A stretch of 64,000 bases of DNA, from positions 73,531-137,530 of the forward strand of contig JAGXGE010000032.1 of the NCBI GenBank assembly GCA_024637015.1, given 5' to 3'. Of the stretch, positions 28,529-38,492 are shown one piece after another. A model generated the notes under the pieces. That model saw nothing but the letters and a program-made list of their open reading frames with translations, was not told the origin of the DNA and did no database searches. Numbering within the stretch: the first letter of the stretch is position 1; every line of letters begins with the position of its first letter. The stretch comes from Aequorivita sp. (GTDB lineage: Bacteria; Bacteroidota; Bacteroidia; Flavobacteriales; Flavobacteriaceae). Made by a program: the position numbers and the translations under genes.

Positions 28529-29636
28529 CTAAAGTTCATCCTTTTTCTCCTTCTGCCCAGCCATCATTAAATACGCTTTTAAAAAGGCATCAATCTCACC
28601 ATCCAACATTGCATCAGTATTTCCTGTTTCGTGTCCGGTACGAACGTCTTTTACTAGTTTATAGGGATGCAGAACGTAGTTGCGTATCTGAGAACCCCAT
28701 TCAATGGCAAGCTTGCTGTCTTCAATTTCGGCACGTTGTGCCAATTGTTTTCTCAGTTCAATCTCATACAACTGCGATTTAAGCATTTGCATTGCCTTTT
28801 CGCGATTGTCCAACTGACTTCGGGTTTCACTGTTGTGGATTACGATTCCGGAAGGGTGGTGGGTAAGAATGGCTTTCGTTTCAACCTTGTTTACGTTTTG
28901 TCCTCCGGCGCCACTACTTCGGGCAAATTCCCACGAAATATCAGCTGGATTTATGTCAATTTCGATAGTGTCATCAACTAAAGGATACACATAAACGCTC
29001 GCAAAACTTGTGTGTCTTTTTGCATTACTATCAAACGGAGAAATACGCACCAAGCGGTGAACACCGTTTTCGCTTTTTAGCCAACCGAAAGCGTATTCGC
29101 CTTCAATTTCCAATGTAACTGTTTTTACCCCTGCCACATCGCCTGCCTGAAAGTTGAGTTCCTTTACTTTGTAATCATTTTTTTGTGCCCACATTAGGTA
29201 CATTCGCATAAGCATTTGTGCCCAATCGCAACTTTCTGTTCCGCCAGCGCCAGCAGTAATCTGTAACACGGCACTCATATCATCGCCTTCCTCGCCTAGC
29301 ATATTGCGGAATTCCAGTGCTTCTATGGCATTCTCCGCTTTTTCATAAGCCGCATCTACATTTTCAGCCTTGCCTTCGCCTTCTTTGTAAAAATCGAGCA
29401 GAATTTCGGCTTCATCGGTAAGGTTTAAAGCGGTTTCGTAATCTGTTACCCATTTCTTTTTGGTGCGCAACACCTTCATAAAAGCTTCAGCTTCGCGCGG
29501 GTTGTTCCAAAAATTAGGGTCAAAGGTCTTTTCTTCGTCGTTTGAAATCTCTATGCTTTTACCAGCAATGTCAAAGATAGCGCCTTAAGGCATCCAGCCG
29601 CGACTTAAGGTCTTTGATTTGGTCTGTTGTAGTCAT
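28529..29636 (-). CDS. prfB: Peptide chain release factor 2, with programmed +1 ribosomal frameshift
   Basis: ATG at 29636 encodes MTTTDQIKDLKSRLDALRRYL, then in-frame TGA (29571-29573) within AGG CGC TAT CTT TGA C. The +1 frame continues DIAGKS... into track ORF 28529..29479, which has the SPF and GGQ (SSGAGGQNVNK) motifs. Confidence 0.95.
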
Positions 29637-29762
29637 ATTTTGTAAAAAGTTTCAGCAAAAATAGAATTAACTTCGTGAGCAGAACAAATTTTTCGGCTAA
29701 TTTTATATTTTATTAGAAGCGAGTTTGTCTCAACTACTAAACCTTTATTTAAATTATTTTAT

Positions 29763-30392
29763 ATGAAAAAAATATTGCTCTTTTTTACTTTAATAATAGC
29801 AGCTATTGGTTTCGCCCAAAACGATGAAGCCTTTGTTGATAATCAGGTTTCACAAAAAATGGCAGAACTTGAATTGCAACAAAACCCTGAATATTTTTTC
29901 AGAAAAGATTACTGTGAGGGAAACATTCAGATGTTTAATTTACCTGACGGAAAACTTTGCACATCAAAATCGACGTATTATTCTGTATATCTTTTTTGGA
30001 AAGAAGATGAAAATATTATGAAACTCCAAAAATTTGATAATTGTGGAAGCTTTATTCCCATAAGCATAAGTAGAAAAAAGACAATAGAGAAAATTTTTAA
30101 AAACAAACAGGCACTAAAGCAAGGTGAGGTGAAGCCCTATGAAGGTGAGAAAATTGACGAGAATGCCTTTGGAAACATGTCCGTTAAATCTTGCCATAAA
30201 GAATATAAGTTTGTTTTTGACGGAAAGCCTTTTGAAAAGAGCTTTCGGGAGTTTGATTTAACCAGCGATTCAAAATATAAAAACGTTAACGCCGAGCACA
30301 ATAATTCACTGGAATTAATAAAACTAGATATTTTGATTTCGGAGATGTTCAAAGATATGGAGGACTCCGGAAATTTATTAAGAGAAAAGTAA
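29763..30392 (+). CDS. Hypothetical secreted protein
   Basis: 209 aa with signal peptide MKKILLFFTLIIAAIGFAQ. No recognised motif. Confidence 0.55.
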   Translation: MKKILLFFTLIIAAIGFAQNDEAFVDNQVSQKMAELELQQNPEYFFRKDYCEGNIQMFNLPDGKLCTSKSTYYSVYLFWKEDENIMKLQKFDNCGSFIPISISRKKTIEKIFKNKQALKQGEVKPYEGEKIDENAFGNMSVKSCHKEYKFVFDGKPFEKSFREFDLTSDSKYKNVNAEHNNSLELIKLDILISEMFKDMEDSGNLLREK

Positions 30393-30401
30393 AAAACAAA
30401 G

Positions 30402-31427
30402 ATGACTATAGATTTAAGAAGTGATACAGTGACCAAGCCTACGCAGGGAATGATGCAAGCCATTATGAATGCTGAAGTGGGTGATGATGTTTATAAAGAA
30501 GATCCCACGGCAAATAAACTGGAACAAAAATTAGCTGATATGTTTGGGATGGATGCCGCGCTGTTTTTCCCAACGGGAAGTATGGCAAACCAAGCCGCAA
30601 TAAAAATGCATACCCAGCCCGGAGAACAGCTGATAGCTGATGAATGGGCACACGTTTATAATTATGAAGGTGGCGGTGTTTCCTTTAATAGCGGGGTTTC
30701 TTGTAAACTGATTGAGGGCAATCGCGGAATGATTAAAGCTGCGCAAGTGGCAGAGAGTATAAATCCTCCAGATTTTTACCACAGTCCATTAACCAGTTTG
30801 GTTTGCCTTGAAAACACGACTAATAAAGGCGGGGGAGCATGTTATGATTTTTCTGAAATTGAAAAAATTCGCAAAGTTTGTAACGATCACAATTTAGGAT
30901 TGCACTTAGACGGTGCTCGAATCTGGAATGCACTTGTTGCAAAAAAGGAAGATCCTAAAGATTATGGAAAAGTGTTTGATACTATTTCCGTTTGTTTGAG
31001 TAAAGGTTTGGGCACGCCTATGGGCAGTGTGCTGCTGGGGAAAAGTGAAATTATGAAAAAAGCCATGCGTGTTCGCAAAGTTTTGGGTGGCGGCATGCGG
31101 CAGATAGGCTTTATGGCTGCTGCGGGTATTTACGCTTTGGACAATCACTTGGAACGTTTAGCGGAAGATCATAAAAAGGCTTCTGAAATTTCTGAAGTGC
31201 TTTCAAATCAATCCTATTTGAAAAAGGTTGAGCCTACAGAAACAAACATTGTTATATTCTACCTCTCGGAAGAAATTTCCGAAGAAAAGTTTATGAGTGA
31301 TTTGCTTCAGAAAAATATAAAAATAAGCAGTATGGGTCAGGGAAAGCTTCGCGTTGTTACCCATGTCGATTATACGGATGAAATGCACGAAACATTTCTG
31401 AAGGTTCTAAAAAATTACTCTAAATAA
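30402..31427 (+). CDS. ltaE: Low-specificity L-threonine aldolase (beta-eliminating lyase family)
   Basis: 341 aa. N-terminal DLRSDTVTKPT..M..AM pattern and PLP-enzyme layout typical of GLY1/LtaE. Confidence 0.8.
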   Translation: MTIDLRSDTVTKPTQGMMQAIMNAEVGDDVYKEDPTANKLEQKLADMFGMDAALFFPTGSMANQAAIKMHTQPGEQLIADEWAHVYNYEGGGVSFNSGVSCKLIEGNRGMIKAAQVAESINPPDFYHSPLTSLVCLENTTNKGGGACYDFSEIEKIRKVCNDHNLGLHLDGARIWNALVAKKEDPKDYGKVFDTISVCLSKGLGTPMGSVLLGKSEIMKKAMRVRKVLGGGMRQIGFMAAAGIYALDNHLERLAEDHKKASEISEVLSNQSYLKKVEPTETNIVIFYLSEEISEEKFMSDLLQKNIKISSMGQGKLRVVTHVDYTDEMHETFLKVLKNYSK

Positions 31428-31435
31428 TTCTTTCT

Positions 31436-32836
31436 ATGCTTCATATTTCAGCGTCATATACCGATTTGTATCAATTGACGATGGCCCAGGTTTATTTTAA
31501 GACAAAACCTAAAAGTGAGGCAGTTTTCGATTATTATTTTAGAAATAACCCATTTGGTGGCGGTTATACTGTTTTTGCTGGTTTGGGAAATATACTTGAA
31601 ATTCTAGAAAACCTACGATTTACCAATGAAGATATCGAATATCTGAAAATCCACGGTTTTGAAGCAGATTTTTTAGAATATCTACGAGGTTTCCGTTTTC
31701 GGGGCACAATTTTTTCTTCTGCTGAAGGAGATATTGTTTTTCCAAATAGACCAATTCTGCAAGTGGAAGGAAATATTATGGAGGTTCAGATTGTAGAAAC
31801 TGTATTACTTAATATACTCAACTTCCAGACGCTTATCGCTACAAAAGCTAGCCGAATTCGCCATAGCGCGGGAAGCAAATTGTTGCTGGATATGGGTTTA
31901 AGACGCGCACACGCAACTGGCGGTTATTTTGCTTCCCGAGCAGCAGCCATTGGCGGTTTTGATAGTACGAGCAACGTAAAGGCTGCTGAGGACTTTAATA
32001 TTCCTGCATCGGGCACTATGGCTCATTCATTTATACAGAGTTATGCAAATGAATTACAAGCATTCCAGGATTTTGCGCGAATACGAACAAAAAAGTGTGT
32101 TCTTTTAGTAGATACTTACAACACTTTAAAGAGTGGCGTGCCCAATGCAATAACGGTTGCCAAGGAAATGGAAAGTAGGGGAGACCGTCTGTATGGTGTG
32201 CGTTTGGACAGTGGCGATTTGGCGTATTTGGCAAAAGAAACACGTAAACTTTTGGACAATGCGGGGCTGAAATACGTAAAAATAGTAGCCTCAAACCAAT
32301 TAGATGAATACGTTATAAAAAGTTTGAATGAACAGCATGCTCCCATCGATATTTTTGGGGTGGGTACCAATTTGGTTACCGGAAAGCCCGACGCTGCGCT
32401 TGATGGTGTCTATAAACTTTCGGAATACAATGGCGAACCACGAATAAAGCTTTCAGAAAATATCATTAAAGTTTCCCTCCCTTCCAAAAAGCAGGTTTAC
32501 AGAATGATAGATGAAAACGGAATGTTTTATGGTGCTGACGCTATCGGGCTAGCTTCCGAAGAAGAAATCTCAAAAATGTTTCACCCTTTTGATGCTACAA
32601 AAAACTTGAAACTGGAAAGATTTCAGAAAGAGGCGCTATTGAAAAAAGTAATGGAAAATGGAAAAACCGTAATTGTTAAACGTGAAGTTTCTGAAATAGC
32701 AGAATACTCAAAAAAAAGATTGGCTATGCTTCCCGAAGAATATAAAAGGTTTCAAAATCCACACACTTATAAAATTGGCTTAAGTGAGCAATTAAAAATA
32801 ATTAGGGACAAGCTTGTTTCGGAACATTCCTTTTAA
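31436..32836 (+). CDS. pncB: Nicotinate phosphoribosyltransferase
   Basis: 466 aa. N-terminal YTDLYQLTMAQ and the later GTMAHSF motif are characteristic of NAPRTase. Confidence 0.85.
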   Translation: MLHISASYTDLYQLTMAQVYFKTKPKSEAVFDYYFRNNPFGGGYTVFAGLGNILEILENLRFTNEDIEYLKIHGFEADFLEYLRGFRFRGTIFSSAEGDIVFPNRPILQVEGNIMEVQIVETVLLNILNFQTLIATKASRIRHSAGSKLLLDMGLRRAHATGGYFASRAAAIGGFDSTSNVKAAEDFNIPASGTMAHSFIQSYANELQAFQDFARIRTKKCVLLVDTYNTLKSGVPNAITVAKEMESRGDRLYGVRLDSGDLAYLAKETRKLLDNAGLKYVKIVASNQLDEYVIKSLNEQHAPIDIFGVGTNLVTGKPDAALDGVYKLSEYNGEPRIKLSENIIKVSLPSKKQVYRMIDENGMFYGADAIGLASEEEISKMFHPFDATKNLKLERFQKEALLKKVMENGKTVIVKREVSEIAEYSKKRLAMLPEEYKRFQNPHTYKIGLSEQLKIIRDKLVSEHSF

Positions 32837-32902
32837 AAATAAACATTCCCAAAAACTTAAATTTCTCTAAAAACGCAATTCAGTTTATTTTACTTAACAA
32901 AA

Positions 32903-32950
32903 AACCTAGCTCAATAATATTTTTTTAAATATATAATTGAGCTTGTGGTT
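32903..32950. terminator. Hairpin between convergent pncB and the yegP-like gene
   Basis: agctcaat (32908-15) pairs with attgagct (32936-43), plus outer aacc/ggtt, in an AT-rich context. Confidence 0.45.
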
Positions 32951-32972
32951 TAGGTATGTGGTCAGGTAAGTT

Positions 32973-33293
32973 TTATTCAACTTCTTTCACGCTAGCTCCT
33001 GGAGCGTTTTTCTTAACAGATTCAATACCTGTAGCAACGCCACTTTCAGAAGCATACATTTGGCTGCTTCCAATTATTTGACCGTTTGTTGCTTTCACAT
33101 TGAAATGAAATTTTCCATTTGCCGCTATCTTTTTTTCGTACATCGAATCTTTACCACAGTTGGTTTTTACAGATTCAATACCGTTCATGGCTGAAGCCTT
33201 GGATGCATACATTTGGCTGGAAAGGATTACTTGTCCGTTGGCTGCTTTCAACACAAAGTGAAATTTATCACCGCTTTTTTTGAGTTCAAACAT
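32973..33293 (-). CDS. YegP-family protein (tandem DUF1508 repeats)
   Basis: 106 aa with two internal repeats (FHFVLKAANGQVILSSQMYASKASAMNGIESVK and FHFNVKATNGQIIGSSQMYASESGVATGIESVK). Confidence 0.8.
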   Translation of the reverse strand: MFELKKSGDKFHFVLKAANGQVILSSQMYASKASAMNGIESVKTNCGKDSMYEKKIAANGKFHFNVKATNGQIIGSSQMYASESGVATGIESVKKNAPGASVKEVE

Positions 33294-33383
33294 AATTTAG
33301 ATGTTTAAGGTTTAATGAAAATTTGAACATTAAATATCGTAAAAAACAATGGCTTTTTAAAATAACTGAGTGCTTAAATTCAA

Positions 33384-33707
33384 TTATTTAAACATATCCA
33401 TCCCAGGAATATTTGGCATTCCTTCTTTTGCAACTGCAGCAATTTCGGTTTCGTTTACGTTTGTAGCTTTTTTGATGGCTTTGTTTAATGTGAGAATTAA
33501 ATAATCTTCCAGTTGCTCTTTGTCTTCCAAAAGACTGTCAGCAATCTCAATGGTTTTAATTTTTCTATTCGCAGTAAGCGTGATTTTTAATAGTCCATCG
33601 CTACTGGTTTCGTCAATAAGTACAGTGTCCAAGCGTTTTTTGGTGGCATCTACTTTCTGTTGGGTCTCTTTCAGTTTGCCCATCATTCCCATTAAATCTC
33701 CAAACAT
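33384..33707 (-). CDS. ybaB: YbaB/EbfC-family nucleoid-associated protein
   Basis: 107 aa. [10 protein letters not shown]...[21 protein letters not shown] pattern typical of YbaB. Confidence 0.8.
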   Translation of the reverse strand: MFGDLMGMMGKLKETQQKVDATKKRLDTVLIDETSSDGLLKITLTANRKIKTIEIADSLLEDKEQLEDYLILTLNKAIKKATNVNETEIAAVAKEGMPNIPGMDMFK

Positions 33708-33770
33708 ATTTTTCTATTTTAGTTAAATGCAAATTTACTATTTTGTATGACTATTCAACTACCTTCAATT

Positions 33771-35906
33771 ATGAAAAATTTAGTCTTTGTTTCAATTGCA
33801 AGTCTTACTTTTGCCGCTTCAATAAACGCGCAGGAAACTACAGAAGCTATTATGAAAATTACTCCCCCTAAAGCCGAAAAAATTGCAAAGGAATTAAAAG
33901 CCAATGGCGATGTTCGCATTGATAATTATTACTGGCTCAACAATCCCGAAGATGAAAAGGTAATCAATTATTTGAAGAACGAAAACACCTATTACGAAGC
34001 AATGACAGCACACACCAAAAAGTTCAAGTCAGCTCTTTTTGAAGAAATGAAGGCGCGAATTAAAGAAGATGATGAATCTGTTCCTTATAAATTAAACGGT
34101 TATTACTACATAACACGTTACCAAACTGGGAAAGATTACCCCATCTACACCCGAAAAAAAGGTTCGTTGGATGCAAAAGAAGAAATTCTTTTTGATGTGA
34201 ATGAAATGGCAAAGGACTATTCCTATTATAACCTTACTGGCCTTAACGTTTCCGAAGACAACAATTTGATTTCTTTTGGAGTAGATACGCTAAGCCGAAG
34301 AAAATATGACATCTTCGTAAAAAACCTGAAAACTGGTGAAATCTACCCTGAAAGAATTCCACTAACAACTGGTAGCGCAACTTGGGGGAGTGACAACAAA
34401 ACACTCTTTTACACCAGAAAGGACGACAAAACCCTTCGCGCAGATAGAATTTACCGCCACACTTTAGGTACAGATCCAATTACGGATGAACTTATTTTTA
34501 CAGAAGAAGACGATACTTTTGGCACCTATGTTTACAAAACTAAGTCGAAAAAATACATAGTAATTGGTTCATATAGCACACTTACTTCAGAATACAGAGT
34601 TTTGGATGCTGATAAACCAACGGGTGAGTTCAAAATATTTCAACCCCGTAAAAGAGGGTTGGAATATAGCATTTCGCATTATGGAAACAATTGGTATGTC
34701 TTGACTAACAAAGACAAAGCGCTCAATTTTAAACTGATGAAAACATCGGAAGATAAAACCTCCAAAGAAAATTGGGTTGATATGATTCCGCATCGCAACG
34801 ACGTTCTGCTTGAAGACATTGATATTTTTAAAGATTATTTGGTAATCAGTGAGCGGAATAACGGTCTTACAAAAATCCGTATAAAAAAATGGAAGGGAGA
34901 TACAGATTATTATCTTCCTTTCGATAATGAGACGTATACAGCGTTCACCACACAGAATCCTGAATTTGATACAAAAACACTGCGTTACGGCTATAACTCT
35001 TTGAATACACCAGCTTCCGTGATTGATTTCAATATGGAAACCAAAGAAAAAACGCTTTTGAAAGAAACAGAAGTTTTGGGTGGAAAATTTGATAAAGATA
35101 ATTACGAAACCGAACGTTTGTGGGCGACAGCCGCAGATGGAACAAAAATTCCGATGTCGGTAATTTACAGGAAGGGAATAAAAAAAGACGGGAAAAATCC
35201 GTTGCTACTTTATGGTTACGGATCATACGGGGCCACAATTGATCCTTATTTTTCATCGGTACGCTTAAGTCTTTTGGATCGTGGGTTTATATTCGCAATT
35301 GCACACGTTCGCGGTGGGGAATATATGGGCCGACAATGGTATGAGGATGGTAAACTGCTTAAAAAGAAGAATACGTTTACCGATTTTATTGATGCTTCAA
35401 AATATTTGATTGAAGAAGGTTATACTTCCAAAGAACATCTTTACGCTTCGGGAGGTTCTGCTGGCGGACTTTTAATGGGAGCCATTGTGAATATGGCGCC
35501 TGAACTATACCATGGAGTTATTGCTTCGGTTCCCTTTGTTGATGTTGTTACCACAATGCTTGATGATTCAATTCCCTTAACCACAGGTGAATATGACGAA
35601 TGGGGAAACCCAAATGAAGTAGATTATTATAATTATATGAAAAGTTATTCACCGTATGATAACGTAGCGGCAAAAGAATACCCGAATATGCTTGTTACAA
35701 CAGGCTTACACGACAGTCAAGTACAATATTGGGAACCCGCAAAGTGGGTTGCCAAGCTCAGAGATTTAAAAACCGACAAAAATACTGTTCTTTTACAAAC
35801 TAATATGGATGCAGGCCACGGCGGCGCTTCCGGGCGTTTTGAAGCATTAAAGGAAGTAGCTATGGATTATGCCTTTTTATTGGATTTGGAAGGAATTAAT
35901 GAGTAA
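33771..35906 (+). CDS. S9-family serine peptidase (oligopeptidase B / prolyl oligopeptidase type)
   Basis: The track ORF starts at 33747. ATG 33771 gives signal peptide MKNLVFVSIASLTFAASINAQ. N-terminal beta-propeller, catalytic GGSAGG serine motif, and a C-terminal D...H (MDAGHGG). Confidence 0.85.
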   Translation: MKNLVFVSIASLTFAASINAQETTEAIMKITPPKAEKIAKELKANGDVRIDNYYWLNNPEDEKVINYLKNENTYYEAMTAHTKKFKSALFEEMKARIKEDDESVPYKLNGYYYITRYQTGKDYPIYTRKKGSLDAKEEILFDVNEMAKDYSYYNLTGLNVSEDNNLISFGVDTLSRRKYDIFVKNLKTGEIYPERIPLTTGSATWGSDNKTLFYTRKDDKTLRADRIYRHTLGTDPITDELIFTEEDDTFGTYVYKTKSKKYIVIGSYSTLTSEYRVLDADKPTGEFKIFQPRKRGLEYSISHYGNNWYVLTNKDKALNFKLMKTSEDKTSKENWVDMIPHRNDVLLEDIDIFKDYLVISERNNGLTKIRIKKWKGDTDYYLPFDNETYTAFTTQNPEFDTKTLRYGYNSLNTPASVIDFNMETKEKTLLKETEVLGGKFDKDNYETERLWATAADGTKIPMSVIYRKGIKKDGKNPLLLYGYGSYGATIDPYFSSVRLSLLDRGFIFAIAHVRGGEYMGRQWYEDGKLLKKKNTFTDFIDASKYLIEEGYTSKEHLYASGGSAGGLLMGAIVNMAPELYHGVIASVPFVDVVTTMLDDSIPLTTGEYDEWGNPNEVDYYNYMKSYSPYDNVAAKEYPNMLVTTGLHDSQVQYWEPAKWVAKLRDLKTDKNTVLLQTNMDAGHGGASGRFEALKEVAMDYAFLLDLEGINE

Positions 35907-35920
35907 TAAAAATATTTCCT

Positions 35921-35928
35921 TACCTTTG
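35921..35928 (+). promoter_or_regulatory. Candidate -7 promoter element TACCTTTG
   Basis: Matches TAnnTTTG, 57 nt upstream of the ATG at 35985. Confidence 0.4.
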
Positions 35929-35984
35929 TCGGGTTGAAAAATTCAGTTTCAAGCTGAGTATTTTTTATAACGAACCACCTCTTT

Positions 35985-37022
35985 ATGAAAGAAGAAATTA
36001 AAGCCCATAATAACGTGTTGGAACTTATAGGCAACACGCCGTTAATAAAGCTTAGCAAGATTACCCAAAAGATGAAGGGTAATTATTTCGCAAAGGTTGA
36101 AGCATTCAACCCAGGACATTCTACCAAAGACCGTATTGCACTTTATATTATTGAAGAAGCCGAAAGAAAAGGTATTCTAAAACCTGGCGACACTATTATT
36201 GAAACCACTAGTGGAAACACCGGTTTCAGTATTGCAATGGTGAGCATCATTAAGGGTTATGAGTGTATTTTGGCGGTAAGTTCAAAATCTTCGGCAGATA
36301 AAATTGATATGCTTAAAACGATGGGTGCCAAAGTTTATGTCTGCCCAGCCCACGTTAGCGCTGATGATCCACGGTCTTATTACGAAGTAGCAAAAAAAAT
36401 TCATAGCGAAATTAAAGGTTCGGTTTATATCAATCAATATTTTAATGAATTGAATATTGATGCGCATTACCAATCCACCGGTCCCGAAATTTGGGAACAA
36501 ACATCTGGGAAAATAACGCATTTAGTTGCTTGCAGTGGAACAGGAGGAACTATTTCTGGAACTGCACGTTTCTTAAAAGAGCAAAATCCAACTATAAAAG
36601 TTATAGGAATTGACGCTTATGGCTCGGTTCTTCAGAAATACCATCAAACCAAAGAGTTTGATGCAAATGAAATTTATCCTTATCGCATTGAAGGTTTGGG
36701 TAAAAATTTGATTCCAACTGCTACAGATTTTAATATTATAGACAAATTTGAAAAAGTAACCGACGAAAGCAGTGCACACACAGCACGCGAGCTTGCAAAA
36801 ACGGAAGGATTATTTGTAGGTTACACTAGTGGCGCCGCAATGCAAGGTATAAAACAACTTGAAGAAGAAGGCGAATTTGATGAAAACAGCAATATTGTTG
36901 TCATCTTTCCTGACCACGGTTCACGCTATATGAGTAAAATATACAATGATGAATGGATGAGCCAGCAAGGTTTCTTCGACTCTGAAACTGCTGAAATTCA
37001 AAAGATCGAGTATATAAAGTGA
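35985..37022 (+). CDS. CysK/CBS-fold PLP-dependent enzyme (candidate cysteate synthase, CapA-like)
   Basis: 345 aa. PLP-lysine motif HSTKDR and TSGNTG loop. No C-terminal CBS regulatory pair. The neighbouring gene is an alpha-oxoamine synthase. Confidence 0.7.
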   Translation: MKEEIKAHNNVLELIGNTPLIKLSKITQKMKGNYFAKVEAFNPGHSTKDRIALYIIEEAERKGILKPGDTIIETTSGNTGFSIAMVSIIKGYECILAVSSKSSADKIDMLKTMGAKVYVCPAHVSADDPRSYYEVAKKIHSEIKGSVYINQYFNELNIDAHYQSTGPEIWEQTSGKITHLVACSGTGGTISGTARFLKEQNPTIKVIGIDAYGSVLQKYHQTKEFDANEIYPYRIEGLGKNLIPTATDFNIIDKFEKVTDESSAHTARELAKTEGLFVGYTSGAAMQGIKQLEEEGEFDENSNIVVIFPDHGSRYMSKIYNDEWMSQQGFFDSETAEIQKIEYIK

Positions 37023-37043
37023 AATACTGATTAATGAAACTGT

Positions 37044-37079
37044 AAATCCCGAAAGCTATGAGTCTTCGGGATTTTTTTC
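37044..37079 (+). terminator. Intrinsic terminator
   Basis: aaatcccgaa (37044-53) pairs with ttcgggattt (37065-74), followed by a T-run. Confidence 0.7.
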
Positions 37080-37140
37080 TTAGTAAAATTAGATATCTAA
37101 AATCTCATGTCCAAAATCAAAAATCTAATTATAATTTAAT

Positions 37141-37148
37141 TAATTTTG
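37141..37148 (+). promoter_or_regulatory. Candidate -7 promoter element TAATTTTG
   Basis: Matches TAnnTTTG, 26 nt upstream of the ATG at 37174. Confidence 0.4.
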
Positions 37149-37173
37149 TCCCACATTTTTAACAAAAGATTTA

Positions 37174-38439
37174 ATGAAAGATTTATTCGATAAAATCTAT
37201 AAAGATAAAGGTCCGTTGGGAAAATGGGCCGAACAAGCGGAAGGCTATTTTGTGTTTCCAAAACTGGAAGGACCCATTTCCAACAGAATGAAATTTAAAG
37301 GCAAAGAAGTAATCACTTGGAGTATCAATGATTATTTAGGCCTTGCAAATCATCCCGAAGTTAGAAAAGTAGATGCGGAAGCAGGTGCAAAATGGGGATC
37401 TGCCTATCCAATGGGTGCACGAATGATGAGTGGCCATACAGATCTGCACGAGCAGCTTCAAAGAGAACTTGCAGCATTTGTAAATAAAGAAGCAGCTTAC
37501 CTTCTGAATTTTGGTTACCAAGGAATGGTTTCCACAATTGACGCCCTAGTTTCAAAGGACGATGTGATTGTTTATGACGTTGATGCCCACGCTTGTATTA
37601 TTGATGGTGTTCGCCTTCACTTAGGGCAACGCTTCACCTACAGGCACAACGATATGGAAAGTATCGAAAAAAACCTTCAGCGTGCCACAAAAGTTGCCGA
37701 AAAAACAGGAGGTGGAATACTTCTTATTTCTGAAGGTGTTTTCGGAATGCGCGGAGAGCAGGGAAAATTAAAAGAAATTATTGAACTTAAGAAAAAATAC
37801 AACTTCCGCTTTTTTGTGGATGATGCACACGGTTTTGGAACGCTTGGTAAAACTGGTGCCGGAGCAGGCGAGGAGCAAGGCGTACAAGACGGAATTGACG
37901 TTTATTTTGCCACTTTTGCAAAATCTATGGCGAGTACCGGAGCATTTATTGCAGGTGATGAAGAAATAATGAATTACCTAAAATACAACCTGCGTTCGCA
38001 AATGTTTGCGAAATCATTACAGATGGTTTTGGTAGAAGGAGCCTTAAAACGTTTGGATATGCTTCGCACAATGCCTGAGCTGAAAGAAAAACTTTGGGAA
38101 AACGTAAACGCACTGCAAGACGGACTTAAAAAGAGAGGTTTTGATATAGGAACTACCCAAAGCTGCGTAACACCCGTTTATTTAAAAGGAAGCATTCCAG
38201 AAGCGATGGCCTTGGTAAAAGACCTTCGCGAAAATCACGGAATTTTTTGTTCTATCGTTGTATATCCAGTAATCCCAAAAGGATTGATCCTCCTGCGGAT
38301 GATACCTACGGCTACACACACGTTGCAAGACATTGAAGAAACTTTGGAAGCATTTTCAGCAATTCGTGAGCGGTTGGAGAATGGAACATACAAACGTCTT
38401 TCTGCAGCTGTTGCTGAGGCGATGGGAGAGAAGGTTTAA
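37174..38439 (+). CDS. Alpha-oxoamine synthase family PLP enzyme (Kbl/Spt-like; candidate cysteate-C-fatty acyltransferase, CapB/CFAT-like)
   Basis: 421 aa. AONS/KBL/SPT family layout: WSINDYLGLANHPEV, DDAHGFG, and PLP lysine in TFAKSMAS. Confidence 0.75.
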   Translation: MKDLFDKIYKDKGPLGKWAEQAEGYFVFPKLEGPISNRMKFKGKEVITWSINDYLGLANHPEVRKVDAEAGAKWGSAYPMGARMMSGHTDLHEQLQRELAAFVNKEAAYLLNFGYQGMVSTIDALVSKDDVIVYDVDAHACIIDGVRLHLGQRFTYRHNDMESIEKNLQRATKVAEKTGGGILLISEGVFGMRGEQGKLKEIIELKKKYNFRFFVDDAHGFGTLGKTGAGAGEEQGVQDGIDVYFATFAKSMASTGAFIAGDEEIMNYLKYNLRSQMFAKSLQMVLVEGALKRLDMLRTMPELKEKLWENVNALQDGLKKRGFDIGTTQSCVTPVYLKGSIPEAMALVKDLRENHGIFCSIVVYPVIPKGLILLRMIPTATHTLQDIEETLEAFSAIRERLENGTYKRLSAAVAEAMGEKV

Positions 38440-38462
38440 AAACTTAATTATTTATATATTGA

Positions 38463-38489
38463 AAAATCCACCTTTTTTAGGTGGATTTT
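38463..38489. terminator. Hairpin terminator between convergent genes
   Basis: aaaatccacc (38463-72) pairs with ggtggatttt (38480-89). A-run upstream and T-run downstream. Confidence 0.7.
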
Positions 38490-38492
38490 CTT

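Noticed and set aside
28440-28532. 30-codon ORF (MIYKGNKDFLNLVPFVFLRNFGCLCLIIEH) starting in the 3' half of the riboswitch P1 helix, and the 86-aa ORF 28522..28782
   Set aside because: The first runs straight through the terminator hairpin and T-run and ends inside the prfB stop region. The second is antisense to prfB. Neither has coding-like composition. The first is noted only as a possibility in the riboswitch finding.
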